A stretch of DNA of 64,000 bases, taken from a bacterium (GTDB lineage Bacteria > Patescibacteriota > Minisyncoccia > Phycocordibacterales > Phycocordibacteraceae). The notes under the pieces are model-generated. The model did no database searches and had not been told where the DNA came from. It worked only from the letters and a program-made list of their open reading frames with translations. This document shows, piece after piece, positions 40,001 to 47,144 of this stretch (its first letter is position 1; the number at the start of each line of letters is the position of its first letter). The stretch spans positions 2,133 through 66,132 of the forward strand of contig JAJZTG010000003.1 of assembly GCA_021849125.1 (NCBI GenBank), given 5' to 3'. The position numbers and the translations under genes are program-made.

Positions 40001-43000
40001 TGGAACATCCGACAGCGACCTCTTACGCCTTCAAACCACTTATGGCACCAATTCGGCGAAGAAATCCATCAGTTGGTATGACACGACAAATGTTACGGGA
40101 CAAATTGATACCCGATATGATGGAACCACCGTAGATATGGTTTTTGGCAGCTTGTATAACACCACCGATTTATATAATTCTACGGCCAGAATGGTGATTA
40201 AAGGAAACGGCAACGTCGGCATCGGGACGACCGCGCCCTCCGCGCCACTCACGATTCAAAACAACGTTGCGACCTCCTCGCCGATTCTCTCATTCCTTGA
40301 CTCGACCGGCGCGACCTCACTCGAGATCCGCGCGTCCACCTCGACGCTCCTCAACACCTTTATAGGTACGAGTGCGGGTGCGGCAAACACCACTGGCTAC
40401 TACAATACTGCTACCGGTTATGGTGCCCTCTACTCAAACACCACTGGTTACCAAAACGTCGCAAATGGTATCGCCGCTCTCTACGCAAACACGAGCGGCT
40501 ACCGTAACGTTGCCACCGGTGGGAACGCGCTTCGCTACAACACTACCGGTAATAACAACGTCGCAAGTGGCGACGCGGCGCTCTTCTCCAACATCACCGG
40601 TACTTCAAACGTCGCGCTCGGCAGCACCGCGCTCTACTACAACGCCTCCGCAACTTCGACGGTGGCAGTCGGTTTCAATGCCGCCGCCGGCACCGCCGCG
40701 TACTCCAACCAAGGCGGCGTGTACGTGGGTTACCAAGCCGGCTACAGCGCCCAGACCGGTTCCGACTACAACACGCTCGTTGGTTATAGTGCCGGCCACG
40801 ATGTAACGACCGGTACCGCAGAAGTGGCCCTTGGGGCAAATGCACTTCTTCACACCACTACCGGCAATCACAACGTTGCGATTGGTATTAGCGCTTTGCA
40901 ATCAAACACCACCGGGGGTGCGAATGTCGCGATCGGCAGCTCAGCTTTACAAAATGACGTATCAAGTGGCGGTAGTACCGCTGTCGGGTATCAAACGCTC
41001 AGTGCAAACACTACGGGTGCCAACAACGTCGGTCTCGGTTACTATGCACTCGTCAATAACAAGACGGGTTCCAACAACGTCGCATTGGGTGGGAATTCCC
41101 TCCAGTCGAACATCACCGGCTCTGAGAACACTGCTGTCGGTTTGGGGGCGCTTTACTACAACGCTTCCGCCACTTCTTCGGTCGCAATCGGGCGTGCTGC
41201 CGCCCAAGGCACAGCCGCCTACTCCAACCAAGGTGGTGTGTACGTGGGCTACCTGGCTGGCTACAGCGCCCAGACGGGTTCCGACTACAACACATTCGTG
41301 GGCTACACGGCAGGTTACAACACCACTACCGGCTATTGGAACGTTGGAAATGGTTATGAATCCCTGTACTCAAACACCACTGGTGATCAGAACATTGCCC
41401 TCGGTCCAAAAGCGCTCCGCTCCAACACCACAGGAAGGTTTAATTTCGCAGGAGGTGCGTACGCGCTTTATTCAAATACCACCGGTACTTCAAACGTCGC
41501 GATCGGCAATCAGGTCGCTTACTTCAACTCGTCCGCCACATCGACCGTCGCTATTGGCTATTACGCAGCTCAAGGCACCGCCGCATACTCAAACCAAGGT
41601 GGTGTGTACGTGGGCTACCTGGCTGGCTACAGCGCCCAGACCGGCTCGGACTACAACACGTTCGTGGGCTACCAGTCTGGCTATTCAGACACCGTTGGTT
41701 TTTACAATACAGCTTCTGGGTACACAGCGCTCTACTCAAACGCTGGGGGTTCTTATAATAATGCCTACGGTAGCGCTGCGCTCCAGAACACGACAGGATC
41801 TCAGAATACGGCAATTGGATCGGGCGCAGGTAGCGGCATCACAAGCGGTTCCAACAACATTGCTATCGGCTATAACGCCCAGGTGCCGACACCGACCGCT
41901 TCGAACCAGATTCGCCTCGGCGATGCGAATATCACTTACGCGGGTATCCAGGTGTCGTGGACGGTGACATCCGATCGCAAGTACAAGACCGACATCAAGC
42001 CGGTTGCTTTCGGCCTCGACTTCGTGAATCAGCTTCAGCCAGTCGACTACTTGCGCGTGAATGATGCAAGCGGCGGCAGGGAAGCCGGCTTCGTGGCGCA
42101 GGACGTGAATCAGACGCTCCTCTCTGCCACCTCGACCGCCTATGGGCTCATAAGCTACGACCCGACGGCCGCTGCTTACTCGCTCCGCTACAACGACTTC
42201 ATCCCGATCCTCACCCGCGCAGTGCAGCAGCTTGATACGAAGGTAAACCTTATCGCGAGCTCGACCGCGTCGACGACGCAGATCTTCGTCGACACCACGG
42301 GTAACGTCGGCATCGGCACCACCAGTCCGAATCATACTTTGACGATCGCGGGCGACGTGGGTGCGATCGCCTTCGTGAACACTTCGACGCGCACGGCAAA
42401 GACCGACATCAGCTATGTCGGCGAGTCGGCAAGCGACGAGATGTATGACCAGCTTCTCAAGATCAAGGTCGCGAACTACCGCTACAAGATCGAGCCCACG
42501 AGCGATCCGCTCCGCCTCGGCTTCATCGCGGAAGAGGTGCAGCAAGTAGCTCCTGAGATCCTCTCGCCCGATGGTAAGGGCGTCGACCTCTACAAGCTCG
42601 CGACCTTCACGCTCTCGGGCGTGCAGACCTTGGCCGGGAAGGTCGACGCGCAGGGCGTGCGGCTCGCCTCGCTTGAGGACCGCGTCGCCAAGCTCGAGAG
42701 CGGGGACGTCTCGGTGGCAAGCGGCTCGCCGGTGAGCTTCTCCTCAGCATCGCTTGCAAGCGCGCTTAGCGGGTTCGGCGTGCTTATCGACAAGGGCATC
42801 GCGCAGTTCAATACGCTCGTCTTCCGCACGCTCGTGGCAAGCTCGGATGCCGATGGGACCAGTAGCGCGGGCAGCGTGACGATCCTCACCGGCAATACCG
42901 TCGCCCAGGTGAATAATGCGCTCGTGAAGCCTTCGACCAAGATCTTCGTCACCTTCAACGCGCAGCTTACGGGCAGCTGGTGGGTGAGCGACAAAGCCGA

Positions 43001-43754
43001 CGGCTCCTTCCGCGTGGTGCTCTCCGACCCTCAGACGGGCGACGTCTCCTTCGACTACTTCCTCGTCCAGACGGAAGGCCAGATCGCGACCCCGACGGCA
43101 AGCGGCTATCAAGGCATCTCGCAATCGAGCGGGCCGGATACGGTCGCGCCGGTGATCACGCTCCTCGGCGATAACCCGGTGTACCTCTCGGTCGGTGGTA
43201 CTTTCACGGAGCCGGGGGTCACCGTGACCGATAACGCCGACGGCACGGATCCGTACAAGACCTACGTGAACGGTATCGAGCAGGCGGCGGACGCAGGGAC
43301 CATCGATACCTCGAGTCCGACGACTTACATCATCACCTACACCGCACGAGACGCGGCAGGAAATACGACCAGCGCGCACCGCTCGGTAATCGTCGGCAAT
43401 CCGGACGGTACGGTCTCGGCTGACAGCGGAAGTCCGACTTCCACAGACACGACCGCACCGGTCGTGACCCTGAACGGCTCTGCGGCGATGGAACTTGTCC
43501 AGAGCGGTACCTTCACCGACCCGGGCGCGACCGCCACTGACGATACCGATGGCGACCTCACTGCAAAGGTCGTGGAGACGGGCAGCGTGGATACTGCGAC
43601 GACAGGCCTCTACACGCTCACGTACTCGGCTACCGACGCGGCGGGGAACACGGGCAGCGTCTCGCGCGTCGTTTCGGTCGTCGCGCCGGCGGCGGCCACG
43701 ACGACCGAGACGACGGCCACTGGCGGCACGGCCTCCTCCACCCCGGCACAATAA
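34047..43754 (+). CDS. giant (3235 aa) membrane-anchored fibre/adhesin: N-terminal HTH_17 + TM, phage-tail-fibre-like NTTG 17-residue repeats, two Peptidase_S74 intramolecular-chaperone domains, two DUF5011 Ig-like domains
   Basis: One uninterrupted ORF. N-terminal TTKEASESSGYTSDYLARLVRSGEIEGRKIGHNWFVDRVSLEEFR (HTH_17). TM helix LVAFTAALAIVGGGAFVAQ at aa ~108-128. Repeats of xxNxAxGxxALYSNTTG. S74 motif TSDRKYKTDIKP...GFVAQDV (~41.9-42.25 kb). Second S74 STRTAKTDI...VANYRYK...LGFIAEEVQQVAPEI (~42.3-42.7 kb). DUF5011 motifs DTVAPVITLLGDNP and DTTAPVVTLNGSAAMEL...TDDTDGDLTAKV. Confidence 0.85.
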   Translation: MNSPLQNLVTTKEASESSGYTSDYLARLVRSGEIEGRKIGHNWFVDRVSLEEFRDKQRSRKLDRARELSDTRSREYHGNLQDAGAPARTVPKELIRKTALPAAEVSLAPVSFASHLVAFTAALAIVGGGAFVAQASVGIQAAGRVVAFAQEAADGFKIAFGDAPAQVAARFANVDTMMRTSADRVAMNAASAEAAYASLPLAQVTPATMRSFLVKGYETRQRAVFAQVPSYKTSTYDPIDWATFGHDTYAFVTSPSRIHDVLSNAYLSVGMSAYRGIESAFSAYEAFVNHAGQEMLVLGTATRDALVASPSKVSRAAVALGEAVQDLTHAAIRADVALAYGTAEAAPASARAVVAFLGSTGSTLANTTEQIPHAIADGYLAAAAWPATAGPQLASSVFGLEYQAAHRFVTFTDDLSSRYLAVVEGAGAFAYGATEHAKSAGSLLAVVPEWLTSDSLARTHIPQAVAAVVAAVPDLSAGQQAALTVYQTVSGFLGAAKHFIASLIPAPQNVAVQTPAPAVATTTERIITVPQNVTTYPTYTTVVRGASQEYVAQSISSLRAEVLATVANMIAPIAHQTATNITTIQQVNRIQDLSDLIVRNGDFRGGTFDNGRITNGISVSANTGTFTTLSGGSTSLATTTITGNLTLNGNQTISGSLTIGTTTITGPLSTSGTITGTYFVATSTTATSTLAGSLNIDSGGFVYATSTRNVGIGVLSPAALLAIQNSTSTQPIFTVKNAAGTEVYRITDSGFVGIGSTSPTYNLAVEGTSSLGNNAIAGYFTATSTTATSTFAGALAVGTTSPVAGALFTVGTSTPLLHISSNTGYIGIGTSSPAVALDLYATTAMRIPVGTTAQRPSGDVGYIRYNTTTHQFEGYGDNSVWQGLGGVINAAQTTYITAGTDDFLRFVTSSVERMTITAAGLVGIGSTSPTYNFSVEGTSSLGNNAIAGYFTATSTTASQFPYASTTALSAYNSLFAGSTATSTIAGDYNASSIRGALTVYGNTTSGSASSLTLQRGSTNGDNTLAFNDQTGSPLLKLYTSANTGYSYLTGYQSYLSLGTSLGGQVLRIDTSGNITTTANVIPSANQTYNLGSPAVYWNNAYINNIVANNLSSASTSIAGTNTSSFSIYSNNPTTDTQDISLIFYRGAGASSNGVLAWNSTLKRFDLNQNLHIVNDSTAPASTTLVVQGVSGQTGPLTSWLNSAGEYLATLTSSGSFGIGTSSPYASLSIAGSAGGTSSLFAISTSTAGYATTTALSVDRNGNLSLLNGASLTVSGTTSFSGSFSPNVGSNVLLSTNASGNIVATSSPTADYFTATSTTASQFPYASTTAITASGTGYFGSLGGAAFSSLTTNYLPKWGNGTFSNSLIFDNGTNVGIGTTSPSALLSIQNNVSTSSPVVSLFDSTGATSLELRASTSTLNNTFIGVNAGAVNTTGSANTVIGYGSFPVNTTGYSNVAVGFNTLFSNTTGYSNTALGINALYTNTSGYENVSVGRASLYSNTTGTWNSATGYRALYSNTTGVSNTANGWGALNKTTTGSYNSAIGDSSLYFNTTGASNVAVGAGSLYYNNAATSSVAIGRQAGRGTAAYANQGGVYVGYRSGYSAATGSDFNTFVGYTAGYNTTTGTYNIANGAYALYSNTTGNFNSALGVSVLYANTTGSYNVADGFNTLRYNTTGSYNVADGTNALFSNTTGANNVAEGASALYYNASATSSVAVGYAAASGAAAYANQGGVYVGYQSGYSAATGSDFNTFVGYTAGYNTTTGTYNIANGAYALYSNTTGNFNSALGVSVLYANTTGSYNVADGFNTLRYNTTGSYNVADGTNALFSNTTGANNVAEGASALYYNASATSSVAVGYAAASGAAAYANQGGTYLGYQSGYSAATGSDYNTLVGYQSGYGITTGSNNIWIGAATSSTAIANLTTGSQNILIGNNISLPSATASGQLNIGNIIFGTGITGTGSTVSTGNIGVGTAGPGAKLHIYDGGTGTSDSDLLRLQTTYGTNSAKKSISWYDTTNVTGQIDTRYDGTTVDMVFGSLYNTTDLYNSTARMVIKGNGNVGIGTTAPSAPLTIQNNVATSSPILSFLDSTGATSLEIRASTSTLLNTFIGTSAGAANTTGYYNTATGYGALYSNTTGYQNVANGIAALYANTSGYRNVATGGNALRYNTTGNNNVASGDAALFSNITGTSNVALGSTALYYNASATSTVAVGFNAAAGTAAYSNQGGVYVGYQAGYSAQTGSDYNTLVGYSAGHDVTTGTAEVALGANALLHTTTGNHNVAIGISALQSNTTGGANVAIGSSALQNDVSSGGSTAVGYQTLSANTTGANNVGLGYYALVNNKTGSNNVALGGNSLQSNITGSENTAVGLGALYYNASATSSVAIGRAAAQGTAAYSNQGGVYVGYLAGYSAQTGSDYNTFVGYTAGYNTTTGYWNVGNGYESLYSNTTGDQNIALGPKALRSNTTGRFNFAGGAYALYSNTTGTSNVAIGNQVAYFNSSATSTVAIGYYAAQGTAAYSNQGGVYVGYLAGYSAQTGSDYNTFVGYQSGYSDTVGFYNTASGYTALYSNAGGSYNNAYGSAALQNTTGSQNTAIGSGAGSGITSGSNNIAIGYNAQVPTPTASNQIRLGDANITYAGIQVSWTVTSDRKYKTDIKPVAFGLDFVNQLQPVDYLRVNDASGGREAGFVAQDVNQTLLSATSTAYGLISYDPTAAAYSLRYNDFIPILTRAVQQLDTKVNLIASSTASTTQIFVDTTGNVGIGTTSPNHTLTIAGDVGAIAFVNTSTRTAKTDISYVGESASDEMYDQLLKIKVANYRYKIEPTSDPLRLGFIAEEVQQVAPEILSPDGKGVDLYKLATFTLSGVQTLAGKVDAQGVRLASLEDRVAKLESGDVSVASGSPVSFSSASLASALSGFGVLIDKGIAQFNTLVFRTLVASSDADGTSSAGSVTILTGNTVAQVNNALVKPSTKIFVTFNAQLTGSWWVSDKADGSFRVVLSDPQTGDVSFDYFLVQTEGQIATPTASGYQGISQSSGPDTVAPVITLLGDNPVYLSVGGTFTEPGVTVTDNADGTDPYKTYVNGIEQAADAGTIDTSSPTTYIITYTARDAAGNTTSAHRSVIVGNPDGTVSADSGSPTSTDTTAPVVTLNGSAAMELVQSGTFTDPGATATDDTDGDLTAKVVETGSVDTATTGLYTLTYSATDAAGNTGSVSRVVSVVAPAAATTTETTATGGTASSTPAQ
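38811..39644 (+). repeat. near-identical 417-bp tandem duplication (2 copies, ~98.8% identity) inside the giant gene
   Basis: Units 38811..39227 and 39228..39644 differ at 5 positions. One of these is a CGG/CAG Arg/Gln change. A diverged third copy begins at 39645. Each unit encodes 139 aa ending ...AAYANQGGVYVGYQSGYSAATGSDFNTFVGY. Confidence 0.9.
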
Positions 43755-43764
43755 TCAAATCACT

Positions 43765-43789
43765 TGGAAGTTGGACTTCCAAGTCTTCT
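43765..43789. repeat. REP-like palindrome CTTGGAAGT-TGG-ACTTCCAAG
   Basis: 11 nt after the giant-gene stop. Member of the GAAGTCCGACTTC palindrome family. Confidence 0.55.
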
Positions 43790-43883
43790 TCCAAGCAGGC
43801 GAGTGCTAAGATATATAAACGAATGAGAAAGACGCCTTTCGAAGTTTCGACCATGACCGCAACGACCATATACACATAAAGGT

Positions 43884-44417
43884 ATGCGGAAAAAAGAAAA
43901 CAATTACGCTTTCATAGACAGCCAGAACTTGAACCTAGGTATACAGAGGCTCGGCTGGGGTCTTGACTACAAAAGATTCAGAGTGTACCTAGCTGAGAAA
44001 TACGGCGTTACGCGAGCGTATATGTTCATCGGCTTCGTGGCGCTAAATCAATCACTCTACGACAATTTGCAAGAAGCAGGGTTCATCTTGAAGTTCAAGC
44101 CTACGATTCCCGATATGGAGGGGAAAATTAAAGGGAACATAGATGCTGATCTTGTCTTGCGTGCCGTCCTTGAGATTGGCGAGTATGATACCGCTGTCAT
44201 TGTCACGAGTGATGGCGATTTCTATTCGCTCGTTCAGCATCTCTACGAAAATGGGAAATTGAAAGCCGTCCTGAGTCCGGATATACATATGGCTTCAAGC
44301 TTATTGAAACAAACCGCAAAAGAGAGAATCCATTTTATGAATGATTTGCGGGGTTTGCTGGGGTACAAAAGAAAAGCACCGCGAGGGGACGGAACCCGAC
44401 GCAGTGCCTTTCCCTAG
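43884..44417 (+). CDS. NYN-domain (LabA/DUF88-like) protein, putative RNase
   Basis: YAFIDSQNLNLGI ... RAYMFIGFV ... VIVTSDGDFYSLVQHL is the NYN/PIN-like acidic-residue pattern. Confidence 0.65.
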   Translation: MRKKENNYAFIDSQNLNLGIQRLGWGLDYKRFRVYLAEKYGVTRAYMFIGFVALNQSLYDNLQEAGFILKFKPTIPDMEGKIKGNIDADLVLRAVLEIGEYDTAVIVTSDGDFYSLVQHLYENGKLKAVLSPDIHMASSLLKQTAKERIHFMNDLRGLLGYKRKAPRGDGTRRSAFP

Positions 44418-44454
44418 AAATACCTAATCATGCTAGCAAACACCGAAAGGAAGT

Positions 44455-44600
44455 CAATCGGATATGGGCACAACCGCAACTTCTTCAACCGCTAGCGCCG
44501 CCGCACCAGCGCAATAGCCTATGTTGTGGAAGTCCGACTTCCACAGACACGACCGCACCGGTCGTAACCCTGAACGGCTCTGCGGCGCTTGAGCTCACCC
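44455..44600 (+). pseudogene. fragments of a giant-fibre paralog (C-terminal tail remnant plus DUF5011-start remnant)
   Basis: 44461..44516 encodes MGTTATSSTASAAAPAQ*, comparable to the giant-gene end ...TGGTASSTPAQ*. 44519..44590 is ~85% identical to 43434..43500 (GGAAGTCCGACTTCCACAGACACGACCGCACCGGTCGT.ACCCTGAACGGCTCTGCGGCG). Confidence 0.5.
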
Positions 44601-44618
44601 AGGGCGGCACGTACCAAA

Positions 44619-45372
44619 TTACCAAGGTCGGACCTTGGTAATTAACGGTCAGGACATGTCTTTCGCGTAATCGCGTGCATCCGCGAGCATCGTGTCGAAA
44701 GAGGGTCTCTCTTCAACAAGTTCTAGTATCGAGTCAGTATCAGTGACACCTCTAAAATCCGAACGGTCGCTTATATAATCATTAAGGCTTGAGAAAGGGT
44801 ATTCTTGCAATTTCATGCGGAGCATCTTCTCATCAGAGACAAGACCTTCTTTCCACTTCGGTTCGTATAATTCCGCAGGATTCGCGTGGATATAGTTCAC
44901 GACTCTGCGTAGATATGAGTCATCCGCAACATGCTTCGCTTTGAATTTTCCGGAAAAGAGCGCCCCGGTACGATCGTACTTTTTATTGAAATACATCGTA
45001 TAGCCAGTACCCAGCTTGCGCATGAATGCCGTGATACCGCCCTCAATACGCTCGCGGATAAGAAGATGGTAGTGGTTAGGCATGAGCGCGTAGGCACCGA
45101 GATCAACAAAGGCATCGTTACGCTCCAGTCCAATAACTTTCTCCAAGGTCGGACCTTGGTTAAGTTGTTCGCGGAATGTGCTTAGGTGGAGAGGGGAGCT
45201 GCTGTTTGAGACGTAGAGAAGCATTTGGAATCGTTCGTAATCGCGGCGGTCCATGAAGATCGTGCGCTTATCGACACCGCGGCTGTAGCAGTGGAACCAT
45301 TCGTCCGGGGCAAAGGCGATTGCGCGCTCCATGTGCATAGTTTACCAAGTTACCAAGGTCCGACCTTGGTTT
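44619..45372 (-). mobile_element. RAYT (REP-associated tyrosine transposase, IS200/Y1 HUH family) unit with flanking REP palindromes
   Basis: Transposase CDS 44649..45338 (minus strand). HUH motif NHYHLL and catalytic-Tyr region NYIHANPAE. Perfect palindrome TTACCAAGGTCGGACCTTGGTAA at 44619..44641. Related copies ACCAAGGTCCGACCTTGGT at 45349..45372 and CCAAGGTCGGACCTTGG at 45143..45159, the latter inside the CDS. Confidence 0.7.
44649..45338 (-). CDS. REP-associated tyrosine transposase (IS200-like TnpA, Y1 HUH)
   Basis: 229 aa. FMDRRDYERFQMLL ... AYALMPNHYHLLIRE ... YLRRVVNYIHANPAE. Confidence 0.75.
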   Translation of the reverse strand: MHMERAIAFAPDEWFHCYSRGVDKRTIFMDRRDYERFQMLLYVSNSSSPLHLSTFREQLNQGPTLEKVIGLERNDAFVDLGAYALMPNHYHLLIRERIEGGITAFMRKLGTGYTMYFNKKYDRTGALFSGKFKAKHVADDSYLRRVVNYIHANPAELYEPKWKEGLVSDEKMLRMKLQEYPFSSLNDYISDRSDFRGVTDTDSILELVEERPSFDTMLADARDYAKDMS

Positions 45373-45417
45373 TGGGACGGTAAGTTAAAGAGTGGTGGAA
45401 AGGGGGTGAGGGGCCGG

Positions 45418-45426
45418 TGCTATACT
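45418..45426 (+). promoter_or_regulatory. extended -10 TGCTATACT upstream of gap
   Basis: Same 9-mer as at 5191 and 31063. 36-nt leader. Confidence 0.4.
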
Positions 45427-45462
45427 TATATATGTATTTGCTAACCTAAATCTCGTTTCATC

Positions 45463-46473
45463 ATGGCTATTCGCGTCGCAATTAACGGATTCGGTCGTAT
45501 CGGTCGCGCTTTCGCGCGTCGCTCGGCAGGGAGGGGTATCGAGATCGTCGCAGTGAACGACCTCGGTTCTCTTGAGAACCTCGCCTACCTCTTGAAGCAC
45601 GATACGGTCTACGGCAAAGCGCCGTTTGAGGTCGAAGCGAAGGACGGCAGTCTCTTTATTGACGGAAAAGAGGTGAAGTTCCTCTCGGAGAAGGAACCGG
45701 CGAACCTTCCGTGGAAGGAGCTCGCTATCGACGTGGTCGTCGAATCGACCGGCTTCTTCACACACTACGAAGACGCGCAAAAGCATGTGCAGGCGGGCGC
45801 CAAGCGTGTGGTCATCACCGCCCCGGCGAAAGGTGACGAAGCGCTCGGCGCGACGATTCTCATGGGGCTCAATGAGGACCGCTTCGCGGCGCATACGGTG
45901 ACGAGCAATGCTTCCTGCACCACTAACTCCGCAAGTCCGATCATCGCGATCCTCGACGAAGCGATCGGCATCGAGAAGGCGGTGCTCTCGACGACGCATG
46001 CCTACACGGCAAGCCAGTCGATCGTCGACGGCCCGTCGAAGAAGGATATGCGCGAAGGGCGCGCCGGCGCGGCAAACATCACGCCGACTTCGACCGGCGC
46101 CGCGATCGCCGTGACCCAGGCGTATCCGGCGCTTGCCGGAAAGTTCGACGGTATCTCGCTCCGTGTCCCGGTACCGGCCGGGTCAATCGCGGATGTCACG
46201 TTCATCGCGAAGCGCCCGACGACGCGCGATGAGGTGAATGAGATACTGCGCGGCGCCGCAGCGGCGCCGCGCTGGGAGGGCATCTTTACCGTGACCGAAG
46301 AGGAGCTCGTCTCAAGCGACATCGTCGGCGCGCCGCACGCATCGATCGCTGATCTCGGCATGACCCGCGTGGTCGACGGCAATCTCGTGAAGGTGCTCTC
46401 TTGGTACGATAACGAGATGGGGTACACCGAAGCGCTCGTGCGCCACGTGCTTGCGGCCGCTAAAAATGCCTAG
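45463..46473 (+). CDS. gap: glyceraldehyde-3-phosphate dehydrogenase
   Basis: INGFGRIGR NAD-binding motif and the catalytic SNASCTTN motif. 336 aa. Confidence 0.9.
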   Translation: MAIRVAINGFGRIGRAFARRSAGRGIEIVAVNDLGSLENLAYLLKHDTVYGKAPFEVEAKDGSLFIDGKEVKFLSEKEPANLPWKELAIDVVVESTGFFTHYEDAQKHVQAGAKRVVITAPAKGDEALGATILMGLNEDRFAAHTVTSNASCTTNSASPIIAILDEAIGIEKAVLSTTHAYTASQSIVDGPSKKDMREGRAGAANITPTSTGAAIAVTQAYPALAGKFDGISLRVPVPAGSIADVTFIAKRPTTRDEVNEILRGAAAAPRWEGIFTVTEEELVSSDIVGAPHASIADLGMTRVVDGNLVKVLSWYDNEMGYTEALVRHVLAAAKNA

Positions 46474-46474
46474 G

Positions 46475-46662
46475 ACTCATAGCGAAAATAACCGCATGAT
46501 TGAGGTCAGGAAAATATCAGCTTGGCGCCAGAATCGGCAAAAATCCTACTGCGACCCAGCTTCGGTCATTTCTCCGTATCACCAATACGCAGAAATGCCC
46601 TCATTGAGTCTCGTCACGGATTTTTGCCGATTCTATTCGCCATTATTTTCGCTATGAGTCCC
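46475..46662. repeat. ~190-bp long imperfect hairpin / MITE-like palindromic element
   Basis: Outer 19-bp perfect inverted repeats GGACTCATAGCGAAAATAA (46475..46493) and TTATTTTCGCTATGAGTCC (46644..46662). Inner 17-bp inverted repeats AGAATCGGCAAAAATCC and GGATTTTTGCCGATTCT. Near-palindromic centre at ~46578. The right arm overlaps the rpiB start codon. Confidence 0.55.
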
Positions 46663-47142
46663 AAGATCTACTTCGCCGCTGATCACGCCGGTTTCGCGCT
46701 CAAGCACGTGCTTGTCGAAGCGTTGCGTTCTCTCGGCTACGAGACGGAAGACCTCGGAGCCCACGCGCTCTCGCCGGAGGACGATTATCCTGACTTCATC
46801 ACGCCGTGTGCCGAGAAAGTGGCGAGCGAGCCGGGCGCTTTCGGGGTGGTGATCGGCGGAAGCGGACAGGGCGAAGCGATGTGTGCCAATCGCGTAAAGG
46901 GCGCGCGCGCAGCGGTCTTTTACGGGCCAAGAAAAGCGGTCGGCGAGCTCGAACGCGAGGGCAGCGCAGCGGTGGACGGTTTCGATATCGTACGGCTCGC
47001 GCGGGCGCACAACGACGCGAACATCCTTTCGATAGGCTCACGCTTTGTGTCCAGTGAAGAAGCGGTCGAGGCTCTCGAGCTTTTCCTCTCGACGCCATTC
47101 TCTAGCATCGAACGCCACACGCGCCGCATCGCGAAATACTAG
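46654..47142 (+). CDS. rpiB: ribose-5-phosphate isomerase B
   Basis: KIYFAADHAGFALKHVLVEALRSLGYE, GVVIGGSGQGEAMCANR. Start trimmed to the ATG at 46654. Confidence 0.85.
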   Translation: MSPKIYFAADHAGFALKHVLVEALRSLGYETEDLGAHALSPEDDYPDFITPCAEKVASEPGAFGVVIGGSGQGEAMCANRVKGARAAVFYGPRKAVGELEREGSAAVDGFDIVRLARAHNDANILSIGSRFVSSEEAVEALELFLSTPFSSIERHTRRIAKY

Positions 47143-47144
47143 CT

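Noticed and set aside
42744-43751. 335-aa minus-strand ORF within the 3' part of the giant gene, plus the many other short ORFs within 34-44 kb on both strands
   Set aside because: All lie inside the single continuous 9.7-kb ORF, which has coherent domain structure. Their composition (R/G-rich) is typical of off-frame GC-rich translation.
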